DNA of 64,000 nt from Coleofasciculus sp. B1-GNL1-01 (GCA_040220235.1 JAVJTO010000095.1); one strand, 5' to 3'. Numbered from the stretch's first letter, positions 55,715 through 64,000 are shown. Program-made: numbers and translations. The notes: generated by a model not told the origin, from the sequence alone.

Positions 55715-55935
55715 CTCAGGTTGAGTCGAAATTCAGTTTCTCCCTCAATGGCGCTCTTGATCGTCCTTGAGTTGTGTAATAGAGAGCTTAGTAAGATATG
55801 GCACGTCGAGATTGTTTCGTGACGGATGATGGACAGTATTTTGACTATTAAATTGAAAATTAGGGCGCACAAAAAGATTTTCATTCGCGAGAATTAAAGG
55901 CGCTCGTTAGGTCAGGCATCAGGCAAACGGGTCAG

Positions 55936-56166
55936 TCAGCGCTTCCTTGTACGACTGATATACTGACCGTGAATGTTAACAGCGTAAGGAACTAGGTAGG
56001 TCAAACTGCCGGAAATCCATCGTTCTCGATTCATCTGACCTTTGACTAGCGCTGACCCGTGATTAATTGCAAACAGAATAGAACCAACCACCACAGAAAC
56101 CTTGAGTGCTGTCGGCATCAAATCTTTATCGAAAAGACACAAACAAAATTCCCTTACAAGTTTCAT
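55936..56166 (-). CDS. NrtS-family small membrane protein
   Basis: TALKVSVVVGSIL.AINHG...LTYLVPY.V pattern. Confidence 0.75.
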   Translation of the reverse strand: MKLVREFCLCLFDKDLMPTALKVSVVVGSILFAINHGSALVKGQMNRERWISGSLTYLVPYAVNIHGQYISRTRKR

Positions 56167-56325
56167 CTCCCAACTCGATAACGATTACTTTCTTTCAAGC
56201 TACTTTGGGAGTGGGTTTTCAGTGGCTGGCTCTTGATTGCAGATGCGCCACTCGCTTCCCGCAGGTTAACGGAGAGAATTGACTCGCTGAAAAATCAAAA
56301 ATCTGCCATTTAAACGTACATCAGC

Positions 56326-56670
56326 TTAAACAGCCTTCAGAATTGCTTCTGAATACAACTTCTTTGGTTTTAATCCAGCAATCTGTTCTAAAACTGTTGT
56401 TCCTTTCAATAAAACAACAGTTGGAGCACTCCGCACACCCAATTCCATTGCCAAATCGGGTTCTTCCGTCATATCGATTGTGACCAGATGAATCTTACCA
56501 CTATGGTCAGTCACCAACTTTTCTAATACGGGCGCAAGAGTTTTGCAGGAAGGGCAGTGAGGAGCAACAAATTTAACGAAAATCGGTGTTTCAACGTCTT
56601 GCTGCAACTGTTGAAGAGCGTTTCGTCCTTGGTATCCAGCGCAAAAAATATTGTTCGTGGAATCTGACAT
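56326..56670 (-). CDS. Thioredoxin family protein (CPSC)
   Basis: APHCPSC active site and cis-Pro SAPT; likely ATG at 56670 after GGAG. Confidence 0.85.
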   Translation of the reverse strand: MSDSTNNIFCAGYQGRNALQQLQQDVETPIFVKFVAPHCPSCKTLAPVLEKLVTDHSGKIHLVTIDMTEEPDLAMELGVRSAPTVVLLKGTTVLEQIAGLKPKKLYSEAILKAV

Positions 56671-56767
56671 TTTTCTGTCTCCTAGTTGGTTGATAAATCG
56701 ATGCAACTGTTTGGCAGTTACCCCCGTGCCAGAGCCAATAATGACCCGATTTTCTACCCTCACTAAC

Positions 56768-57619
56768 TTAGCCGCCCAAAAACCATTGAGTGCCAGTAAA
56801 CAGGTAGTACGTTCCAGTTAAAATCAGAGCCACACTGCCAAAGTGAATAATTGCCTCGGAATGTTTCAATAACTGCTTGCTTTGTTTTGCTAGTCCGGTA
56901 AACAAACTCGCCAGGAAAATCAGCATGGTGTAACCCAAAGCGTAGCTAACCATCGTTAGTGTGCCTAAGAGTTGAGAGCCAGTAGCTGCCGCTGCTGCCA
57001 GCACCGCAAACAGCACTGGACTGGCACAGGGAGAACTCACCAAGGCAAAGGTCAACCCTACTCCATAAGGTCCCGCCTGGGGGAGATTCAAATCCATTTG
57101 TGGTAGGGGCAACGTAACTACCCCCATCAACCACAAACCCATCAGAGCCATAATCAGTCCCACGACTACATTGATATAGCCTCGGTACTCCACCATGACG
57201 GTTCCGGCAAAGGAGGAGACTAAGCCAAACAGACTTAAAATTGTTACAGCCCCCAAAACAAATAAGCCAGCCTTGGTCAAAGCATCCCAACGGGATTTAA
57301 TGTTCAACGTGCCGATATAACTGAGGTTGACGGGCAACAGCGCCAGAATGCATGGAGATACACTGGCAAGCAATCCACCAATAAATGCCAAGGGCAATAG
57401 CACTAGGGGATTGGCAGTATCTTGCTGGTCAAACCACTGCTGGTAGCGGTTTTCAACGAGGGATATCGCCCGTTCGATTGGGTGGCTGATGACAGGTCCT
57501 AGGGTGATAACCAACGCTAGGGAAAGCAATCCCAATCCTCCGTAAATCAACCATTGTTTTGAAACTTTAAAACGTCGAGAAGCCTTGTGATCAGATGATG
57601 ATCGAGGTATTTGTGCCAT
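56768..57619 (-). CDS. ccdA: CcdA/DsbD-type transmembrane disulfide reductant
   Basis: Paired SPCIL and SPCASP Cys motifs in a polytopic membrane protein. Confidence 0.88.
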   Translation of the reverse strand: MAQIPRSSSDHKASRRFKVSKQWLIYGGLGLLSLALVITLGPVISHPIERAISLVENRYQQWFDQQDTANPLVLLPLAFIGGLLASVSPCILALLPVNLSYIGTLNIKSRWDALTKAGLFVLGAVTILSLFGLVSSFAGTVMVEYRGYINVVVGLIMALMGLWLMGVVTLPLPQMDLNLPQAGPYGVGLTFALVSSPCASPVLFAVLAAAAATGSQLLGTLTMVSYALGYTMLIFLASLFTGLAKQSKQLLKHSEAIIHFGSVALILTGTYYLFTGTQWFLGG

Positions 57620-57638
57620 GAAATTGTCCTTACCTCAG

Positions 57639-58292
57639 CTAATTTTTGGCTAGAGCCGTGTCGAGAATCTGGGTGTAGTCATCCTGATTGGGATTATTTT
57701 TGAACATTGCTAAAATGTTGCCAGTCGCTGGGTCAACAATTGCCACGGTGCTAGTTTTACTCTTAGTATCTTCTAGGAATTTCCCCAAACCTAATTTTTC
57801 CGCCTTGGCTTGTGTTTCTTCGAGTGTGGCTTTATCCGTTACGTCTAGCACAACAAAGTTAACCCGATCACTATATTGCTGTTTCAATTGGGTCAGAGTG
57901 GGCGCAATATTCTTGCAGCCAGCACACCAGGTCGCAAACACATCCACTACCACGGGTTTACCCTGAAGTTCTGTAGCTAGGGGATTTCCTACAGATTGAG
58001 CTTTAGCAGCACATGGATTCTCTTTGGCAGCACAGGGATTGGCTTTAGAGGCGCAAGGATTCTCTTTAGCGGCACAAGGATTAGCTTTAGAAGCACAAGG
58101 ATTCTCTTTAGCGGCACAAGGATTAGCTTTAGAAGCACAGGGATTTTCTTTGGCAGCACAAGGATTAACTTGGTTGGTAGTACCCGTGTCTGGAGTGTTA
58201 GTCTTGGCGGCACAAGGGTTAGAGCAAGCAGCAACAAGTCCCAGACTCAGCATTGAAGCAACAGCAAGTGTAGCCAGATACTTAACTCTCAT
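57639..58292 (-). CDS. Thioredoxin-domain lipoprotein with NPCA(A/S)K Cys-rich repeats
   Basis: Signal peptide with lipobox LVAAC23; nine NPCA(A/S)K motifs; WCAGC thioredoxin fold; GAGGA RBS. Confidence 0.88.
   Translation of the reverse strand: MRVKYLATLAVASMLSLGLVAACSNPCAAKTNTPDTGTTNQVNPCAAKENPCASKANPCAAKENPCASKANPCAAKENPCASKANPCAAKENPCAAKAQSVGNPLATELQGKPVVVDVFATWCAGCKNIAPTLTQLKQQYSDRVNFVVLDVTDKATLEETQAKAEKLGLGKFLEDTKSKTSTVAIVDPATGNILAMFKNNPNQDDYTQILDTALAKN
57999..58166 (-). repeat. Eight 21-bp coding tandem repeats with 42-bp higher-order period
   Basis: Alternating NPCAAKE/NPCASKA units. Confidence 0.93.
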
Positions 58293-58328
58293 AGAATCCT
58301 CATCATGAGTACGACGGTTTATAGGGAA

Positions 58329-58355
58329 TACGAAGCTGAAGCCAAAAAGGATTTA
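58329..58355 (-). promoter_or_regulatory. Putative ECF promoter B, upstream of the Cys-repeat thioredoxin operon
   Basis: Minus strand TAAATCC-TTTTTGGCTTCAGCTT-CGTA. Confidence 0.78.
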
Positions 58356-58513
58356 GTGAATTTTTCTATGAAATGCAACCGAGCCTGCCAGATGCTGGGT
58401 AAAAAATGTTGTACATTGTACAAAATAAATCCTAAAGAAAAGCTGAAAAGCTTGATAGGGCTAGATTATCAGCTTGCGTTATCACCCCAAATACGAAAGA
58501 GCCATCTAGTTGG

Positions 58514-58540
58514 TAAATCCGTTTTGACTTCAGCTTCGTA
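58514..58540 (+). promoter_or_regulatory. Putative ECF promoter C, upstream of the glycosyltransferase operon
   Basis: TAAATCC-GTTTTGACTTCAGCTT-CGTA. Confidence 0.78.
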
Positions 58541-58651
58541 TCCTCTCATGAACACTCACATAAATGGTCTGCTCCTACTGCTATGGCTGCACGGCTAGAT
58601 GTGGTTCGAGCTGTGGTGGTGCTTTGATTTGAAGTAAGGAAATTTGGAAGA

Positions 58652-59500
58652 GTGACTTTAAAGGAAGCAGAAACTGAAAGAATTTCTATTATTATCCCGG
58701 TTCTCAATGAGGTGGGAACGATAAAAGAAGCGCTAGCCAGTACCTATTCCAGTACAAATGTAGAAGCGATCGCAGTCGATGGGGGTTCCACAGATGGTAC
58801 AGTTGGGCTAGTTCAGTCCTTGGGCGTGAAAGTTTTGTCAGCCCCTGCGGGTCGCGCTTGTCAAATGAATGCGGGTGCAATGGCAGCAACAGGCGAAATT
58901 CTGTTGTTTCTCCATGCCGATACTCGCTTACCCCCTGGGTTCGACACGATGGTTCGCACGGCGCTGCAACCATCAATGCCGGGAGGTAGAAAAGCTCCAG
59001 TTGCTGGTGCGTTTGCATTGCAGATTGACGCAGCACTGAGAAGGTTGTGGTTAATTGAATGGGGAGTAAATTGGCGATCGCGCTTTCTGCAAATGCCCTA
59101 TGGCGACCAAGCCATCTTTCTCAAAGCAAAAACATTTTACCAGATGGGTGGCTTCCCAGAGTTGCCGATTATGGAAGATTTTGAATTGATGCGTCGGTTA
59201 AAGCGCACTGGACGCATCGCACTTATCCCCACACCAGTTGTTACCTCAGCACGTCGATGGCTGAAAAAGGGAGTGCTTCAAACAACGCTCATTAACCAGA
59301 TGGTTATTTTAGCTTACTTACTAAACGTTTCACCCAAGCAACTGGTTCGTTGGTATCGCCATCAACCCAAACTAACGCCAAACCACTGGTTTAGGTCAAC
59401 CCCCGATCCTAAATCCGCTTCAATAACTCCTTTATCAACAGAGTTAGGAGAAGAGACAAAAAGTAGCAAAAGAGAGATAGTCCACCCCGATTGGGTATGA
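58652..59500 (+). CDS. GT2 glycosyltransferase, TIGR04283-like (rSAM/arsenosugar-associated)
   Basis: ISIIIPVLNE, VDGGS.D, GRA.QMN.GA, LFLHADT, PYGDQ, MEDF and TSARRW motifs. Confidence 0.85.
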   Translation: MTLKEAETERISIIIPVLNEVGTIKEALASTYSSTNVEAIAVDGGSTDGTVGLVQSLGVKVLSAPAGRACQMNAGAMAATGEILLFLHADTRLPPGFDTMVRTALQPSMPGGRKAPVAGAFALQIDAALRRLWLIEWGVNWRSRFLQMPYGDQAIFLKAKTFYQMGGFPELPIMEDFELMRRLKRTGRIALIPTPVVTSARRWLKKGVLQTTLINQMVILAYLLNVSPKQLVRWYRHQPKLTPNHWFRSTPDPKSASITPLSTELGEETKSSKREIVHPDWV

Positions 59501-59548
59501 GTTAATATCCAAAAAAAATTTCAGAGGAACCCAATAATCAATGAGAGG

Positions 59549-60709
59549 ATGTGTCGTTTAAATTCAATCGCAGACGGAGAAACCGAGGGTAGTCCAATGA
59601 CTCAAAGGAGCAAATGCCGCTTTAATTCTCAGCTAAAATTTATACTAATCAGTGGCTTAGTTTTCATCCTGATTGTGGCTGCCCAATCCTTCAACATTCG
59701 GCAACTTTTGCAAGCCTCATTACTTTGGGTTGAAAACCTTGGCATCTTAGCACCTGTTGTGTTTATCATCATCTATAACTTAGCAACGGTGCTATTTATA
59801 CCGGGTTCTCTCCTGACACTAAAAGGAGGTTGCTTATTTGGTGTGTTTTGGGGTTCAATTTATGTCACAATTGCGGCAACGTTGGGAGCTGTCTGTGCTT
59901 TCCTGATTGGACGCTATCTCTCTCGCGATTGGGTTTGCAGGAAGATTGAAAGTAATCCTAAATTCAAAGCGATTAATCAAGCGGTGAAGCAAGAAGGATG
60001 GAAAATTGTCCTGCTGACTCGCCTTTCTCCTATATTCCCGTTCAACCTGCTCAACTACGCCTTTGGTGTTACTCAAGTTTCACTCAGAGATTATATTTTG
60101 GGTTCTATTGGTATGATTCCTGCTACGGTGGTGTATGTTTACATTGGTTCCCTAGCTACTGATTTAGCCACACTCAATCTGTCCAATCAACCCTCCACAA
60201 AAGAAACTCAAATCGCCCACCATCTAATTCGAGGCATTGGATTAATTGCTACAGTTGCCGTCACTGTTTATATAACCCACCTTGCCAAAAAAGCTTTAGA
60301 CGAAAACATTGAAGGGAACAAAAAATTTCGGGCAATTGACGAAGCGGTGGGCAGAGAAGGACTCAAAATTGTTCTATTAACGCGACTTTCTCCCATATTT
60401 CCCTTCAATTTATTGAACTACGCCTATGGCATTACGGGAGTCTCTCTCAAAGACTACGTTATCGGTTCTGTGGGTATGATTCCCGGAACAATTATGTATG
60501 TTTACATCGGTTCTTTAGCGGGTAGTCTAGCCACAATTGGTACTGAAGCTCAACCCGCAAACCCCACGGTGCAATGGGCGATTCGGATTATTGGTTTTAT
60601 CGCCACCGTTGCTGTCACGCTTTATGTAACCAAAGTCGCACGTAAGGCTTTAGAAGAGGAAGTTTTAGATCATGAAGACAATCAAACTAAGCCCATCAAT
60701 CCGAATTAG
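59549..60709 (+). CDS. TVP38/TMEM64 (DedA/VTT) family protein, 1.5-copy fusion
   Basis: LLTRLSPIFPFNLLNYA occurs twice. Confidence 0.85.
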   Translation: MCRLNSIADGETEGSPMTQRSKCRFNSQLKFILISGLVFILIVAAQSFNIRQLLQASLLWVENLGILAPVVFIIIYNLATVLFIPGSLLTLKGGCLFGVFWGSIYVTIAATLGAVCAFLIGRYLSRDWVCRKIESNPKFKAINQAVKQEGWKIVLLTRLSPIFPFNLLNYAFGVTQVSLRDYILGSIGMIPATVVYVYIGSLATDLATLNLSNQPSTKETQIAHHLIRGIGLIATVAVTVYITHLAKKALDENIEGNKKFRAIDEAVGREGLKIVLLTRLSPIFPFNLLNYAYGITGVSLKDYVIGSVGMIPGTIMYVYIGSLAGSLATIGTEAQPANPTVQWAIRIIGFIATVAVTLYVTKVARKALEEEVLDHEDNQTKPINPN

Positions 60710-60848
60710 CCAATACGCCAAGTCAGATCTTGAATCTGAATGATGGAGTCATCAATATGTTAGACATCTATGATCAGAATAATCACAACAATGGATAAAA
60801 AATCCAATCAGCTGACTCCTTAATCCTATTTGAAAAACAGAGGTAAGT

Positions 60849-61385
60849 ATGATGACAACTGGAACAATGACAGCTAAATTAATGACTGGAACTCAAGTTT
60901 CCGAACTTGAAGTAAAAACCCTGGATGGCAAGCTTTGGAAACTTTCCGAGCAGAAACCCAAAAACTTGACCATGGTTGTTTTTTACCGAGGTGTGTTTTG
61001 CCCAATTTGTCACTCCTATCTGGCGGAAATAGACCGACTGTTGGGTGATTTTAAGCAACTTGGTGTTGAAGTCATTGCCCTGAGTGGAGATAGTCAAGAA
61101 GCCGCTCAACAATCTAAAGATGAGTGGGGTATTCAAAATCTCACGATAGGCTATGAAGCTAGTCTTGAACTAATGCGTTGTTGGGGACTTTACATTTCAA
61201 AAGGTGCTTTTGAAAATGAACCTCCTCTATTTTGTGAACCCGGTCTATTTCTAGTTAAACCTGATGGCATACTTTTCTATGCTGCCGTGAATAGTGGACC
61301 CTTTGGTCGTCCACCTATATCCGAAATGCTATCGTCAATCGACTTTGTTCTGAAAAAGAATTACCCCATACGAGGAACCGAATAA
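60849..61385 (+). CDS. Peroxiredoxin-like AhpC/TSA family protein
   Basis: FYRG.FCPIC, EPGLFLV.PDG, PFGRP and YP.RG motifs. Confidence 0.87.
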   Translation: MMTTGTMTAKLMTGTQVSELEVKTLDGKLWKLSEQKPKNLTMVVFYRGVFCPICHSYLAEIDRLLGDFKQLGVEVIALSGDSQEAAQQSKDEWGIQNLTIGYEASLELMRCWGLYISKGAFENEPPLFCEPGLFLVKPDGILFYAAVNSGPFGRPPISEMLSSIDFVLKKNYPIRGTE

Positions 61386-61428
61386 ATTAATCTATTTCAG
61401 CAATTATTAGTTTTTGAAGGAGTCAATA

Positions 61429-62976
61429 ATGTCAAATTCAGCCTTTCAAAGAGTCAATGTCCTACCGATGGATGACTATAACAAAAAACTGGTGTCTTAT
61501 GTTCATCCACCTGATTGGGTTAATCCTCAACCTGCCGATTGTTATGACTTAGTTGTGATTGGTGCGGGTACGGCGGGATTAGTGGTAGCAGCAGGTGCAG
61601 CGGGTTTAGATGTCGGTTTAAAAGTCGCCTTAGTTGAAAAACATCTCATGGGCGGAGATTGTTTGAATGTCGGTTGTGTTCCTTCTAAGTGCATTATTCG
61701 CTCCTCTCGTGTCATTGCTGAGATGAAAGAGGCTGGAGTTTTTGGCATTCATCCGCCAGAAAACATAGAGGTGAATTTTTCGGCAGTCATGGAACGGATG
61801 CGGAAGCTTCGAGCGGGAATTAGCCATCACGATTCTGTTCAACGTTTCCAAAAAATTGGCATTGATGTTTTCTTAGGAGAAGGTCATTTTTTACGGAATA
61901 ACCGGATCGAAGTTGGCGATAAGATTCTACGATATAAAAAAGCTGTTATTGCGACGGGAGCGAGAGCGGTGCGTCCCTCAATTCAAGGGATTGAAGAAGC
62001 GGGATTTTTAACAAATGAAACAGTTTTTTCACTGACTCAACGTCCCAAACGCCTTGCTGTCATTGGTGGTGGACCCATCGGTTGTGAATTAGCTCAAGCG
62101 TTTCATCGGTTGGGTTCTAAGGTAATTCTTTTCCATCGAGGCTCTCATCTGTTGAATAAAGAAGATGCTGATGCCGCAGAAATTGTTCAAAATGTCTTGA
62201 TTCAAGAAGGGATTCAGTTGGTGCTGAGTTCACAAACTGAGCGCGTGGTTAAAACGGCTGAAGGTAAAACGCTTTATTACACCTCTGGCAACGGCGCAAA
62301 ACAGTCAGTTACGGTTGATGAAATTTTAGTGGGTGCGGGACGTGCGCCGAATGTTGAAGGTCTAAATTTAGACGCAGTTGGGGTAGACTATGATCGCAAA
62401 GGGGTGAAGGTGAATGATTACCTGCAAACGACGAATCCAAAAATTTATGCGGCTGGCGACATCTGCATGAAATGGAAGTTTACCCATGCCGCCGATGCTG
62501 CTGCACGGATTGTAATTAAGAATACTCTGTTTTCTCCGTTTGGCTTGGGACGTTCCAAACTCAGCAGCTTAGTCATGCCTTGGGTAACCTATACTGACCC
62601 AGAAATTGCTCATGTGGGGATGTACGAACATGAGGCTCAGGAAACGGGAATAGAGGTCAATACAATTAAGATTCCATTTAGTAGTGTAGACCGTGCGATC
62701 GCAGATGGTGAAGAGGATGGGTTTGTTAAGATTCACTACAAGAAAGGTTCCGACCAAATTTTAGGAGCAACGATTGTCGCTCGTCATGCGGGGGAGATGA
62801 TTAGCGAAGTGACGACGGCAATTGTTAATAAAATCGGTTTGAATGGGTTATCGGGTGTGATTCATCCCTATCCGACTCAAGCTGAAGGTATCAAGAAAGC
62901 AGCGGATGCTTATCGCCGCACCTTGTTAACACCAACCTCGAAGAAAATATTGGGATTGCTCACCAAATTGTATTAA
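61429..62976 (+). CDS. MerA-like FAD-dependent pyridine nucleotide-disulfide oxidoreductase
   Basis: GAGTAG, GGDCLNVGCVPSK, GGGPIG and HPYPT motifs; AAGGAG RBS before ATG at 61429; no C-terminal Cys-Cys. Confidence 0.9.
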   Translation: MSNSAFQRVNVLPMDDYNKKLVSYVHPPDWVNPQPADCYDLVVIGAGTAGLVVAAGAAGLDVGLKVALVEKHLMGGDCLNVGCVPSKCIIRSSRVIAEMKEAGVFGIHPPENIEVNFSAVMERMRKLRAGISHHDSVQRFQKIGIDVFLGEGHFLRNNRIEVGDKILRYKKAVIATGARAVRPSIQGIEEAGFLTNETVFSLTQRPKRLAVIGGGPIGCELAQAFHRLGSKVILFHRGSHLLNKEDADAAEIVQNVLIQEGIQLVLSSQTERVVKTAEGKTLYYTSGNGAKQSVTVDEILVGAGRAPNVEGLNLDAVGVDYDRKGVKVNDYLQTTNPKIYAAGDICMKWKFTHAADAAARIVIKNTLFSPFGLGRSKLSSLVMPWVTYTDPEIAHVGMYEHEAQETGIEVNTIKIPFSSVDRAIADGEEDGFVKIHYKKGSDQILGATIVARHAGEMISEVTTAIVNKIGLNGLSGVIHPYPTQAEGIKKAADAYRRTLLTPTSKKILGLLTKLY

Positions 62977-63050
62977 CGCTTCTTAGCTAATTTTGATAAT
63001 TATGAAAGCGAAGTTTCACAGTTTAGATGTAAGGAGTTGAAAGCAGTCTG

Positions 63051-63452
63051 ATGAATAGCGATCGCCGAATCCCAGTTGCATTGCTCTTGCTGCGACTGAG
63101 TGTGTTTCTGGTCATGCTGATGTGGACTTTAGATAAATTTGTGAACCCTGACCATGCCGCAGCAATTTTCCAGAATTTTTATTTGATTGGTGGATTGAGT
63201 AATATGCCAATTTACCTCATTGGGGGGATTCAGCTTATCATTATTCTGGGATTTGTAACAGGTTTCCAAAAGCGGTGGACTTATTTGCTAGTGCTATTTT
63301 TCCATTCTGTTTCCACCTTTTCATCTTTTCGGCAATATTTCGCTCCCTTTGAAAACTTGCTATTTTTCGCAGCTTGGCCCATGCTGGCGGCTTGCTTTGC
63401 CCTTTATTATCTCAGAGATTTAGACATCATCTGGACAGTTGATAAAAATTAA
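63051..63452 (+). CDS. DoxX-like 4-TM membrane protein
   Basis: LLLRLSVFLVMLMW.LDKF.NP and LLFFAAWPML motifs. Confidence 0.75.
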   Translation: MNSDRRIPVALLLLRLSVFLVMLMWTLDKFVNPDHAAAIFQNFYLIGGLSNMPIYLIGGIQLIIILGFVTGFQKRWTYLLVLFFHSVSTFSSFRQYFAPFENLLFFAAWPMLAACFALYYLRDLDIIWTVDKN

Positions 63453-63746
63453 TTATCTAAATTTAGGATATTAATAATTACAATTTCTTACATTTTCAAC
63501 TCTTGTGAAACAAGAGTCGTCTGGTGTTGAACCCATTAACTGAATTTATCTCTAATAATTTACATCATTTGCGATCGCTATTATGTTTACGCCTCTCATC
63601 CACTCGTCATTGAGGGAGAATCTGTTTACTTTACGATTCACCTTGGGGAATCGCGTATTAGCCTCTGTCCCCGAAGAGACTTAACGACGAGTTGAGGAGC
63701 ATCTTTCCAATTACTCAGATATCCTAATCCAACCTAGGATCTAGAG

Positions 63747-63773
63747 TAAATCCTTTTTGGTTTTAGCTTCGTA
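63747..63773 (+). promoter_or_regulatory. Putative ECF promoter D
   Basis: TAAATCC-TTTTTGGTTTTAGCTT-CGTA. Confidence 0.72.
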
Positions 63774-63859
63774 TCTCTGTATAGAACTCCCAAATGGATG
63801 ATCTAATACCCAGCCTTTCACTTTTTTTTACAATGTCGCCATCCTAACCCACCTGCTGA

Positions 63860-64000
63860 TAAGCTGTTCGGCATTTAAATAGGGTATAATCAAAATAGAA
63901 AATCCGAAAAACGAAAAAATATGCCAGCCAAAAATTATTTAAAACCAGAGCAGAAAGAAAAATTACAAATTGCCCTAAAAACCGAGAATAACGCAGATAT
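63860..64000 (+). mobile_element. Left end of a probable IS630-family element; transposase begins at 63921 (partial)
   Basis: TA-anchored end TAAGCTGTTCGGCATTTAAATAGGGTATA; ORF MPAKNYLKPEQKEKLQIALK runs off the window. Confidence 0.6.

Noticed and set aside
57989..58308. Alternative-frame and antisense repeat ORFs (57989-58237, 57996-58256, 58024-58308)
   Set aside because: Shadows of the 21-bp repeat; only the NPCAAK frame has an RBS, signal peptide and thioredoxin domain.
58548..58598. Leaderless 16-aa peptide at the predicted TSS of promoter C
   Set aside because: Too short to support without conservation or ribosome-profiling data.
61429..62976. True mercuric reductase merA
   Set aside because: No C-terminal Cys-Cys pair, no N-terminal metal-binding domain and no merR/T/P nearby.
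1..64000. HIP1 (GCGATCGC) abundance as a novel signal; tRNA or rRNA genes
   Set aside because: HIP1 is a well-known cyanobacterial feature; no cloverleaf or rRNA-like sequence was recognised by eye.

Overview
64-kb chromosomal window from a filamentous cyanobacterium. The evidence is abundant HIP1 GCGATCGC octamers, heptamer STRR tracts, GTAG-type REP palindromes and the genes chlD, ndhD and opcA; the style resembles Oscillatoriales/Coleofasciculus, which is an inference. Core metabolism: acs, the fbp-tal-zwf-opcA operon, cobB, an ndhD2-type subunit and chlD. Signalling: a Ser/Thr kinase, a TPR-CHAT protein, a P-loop ATPase + STAND-WD40 pair and four histidine-kinase-related genes. At 21.3-24.4 kb is a mobile-element scar: a decayed IS5, a 185-bp MITE and three truncated genes. 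The best candidate for an undescribed system is 54.2-64 kb. An ECF sigma/anti-sigma (SigK/RskA-like) pair sits beside two divergent operons: a thioredoxin lipoprotein with nine NPCA(A/S)K Cys repeats, CcdA, thioredoxin and an NrtS-like protein on one side; a GT2 glycosyltransferase, fused DedA, peroxiredoxin-like protein, MerA-like reductase and DoxX on the other. Four copies of an identical-spacing motif, TAAATCC-N16-CGTA, lie upstream of these units, including the sigma gene, and look like the cognate promoter. Other observations: a 30-bp REP palindrome read in frame inside a receiver domain, a CBS-HisKA protein lacking its ATPase domain, a probable nested start in an Rpn-like gene, and MITE termini coinciding with stop and start codons. 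No rRNA, tRNA or CRISPR array was seen. Family assignments come from motif recognition, not database searches.
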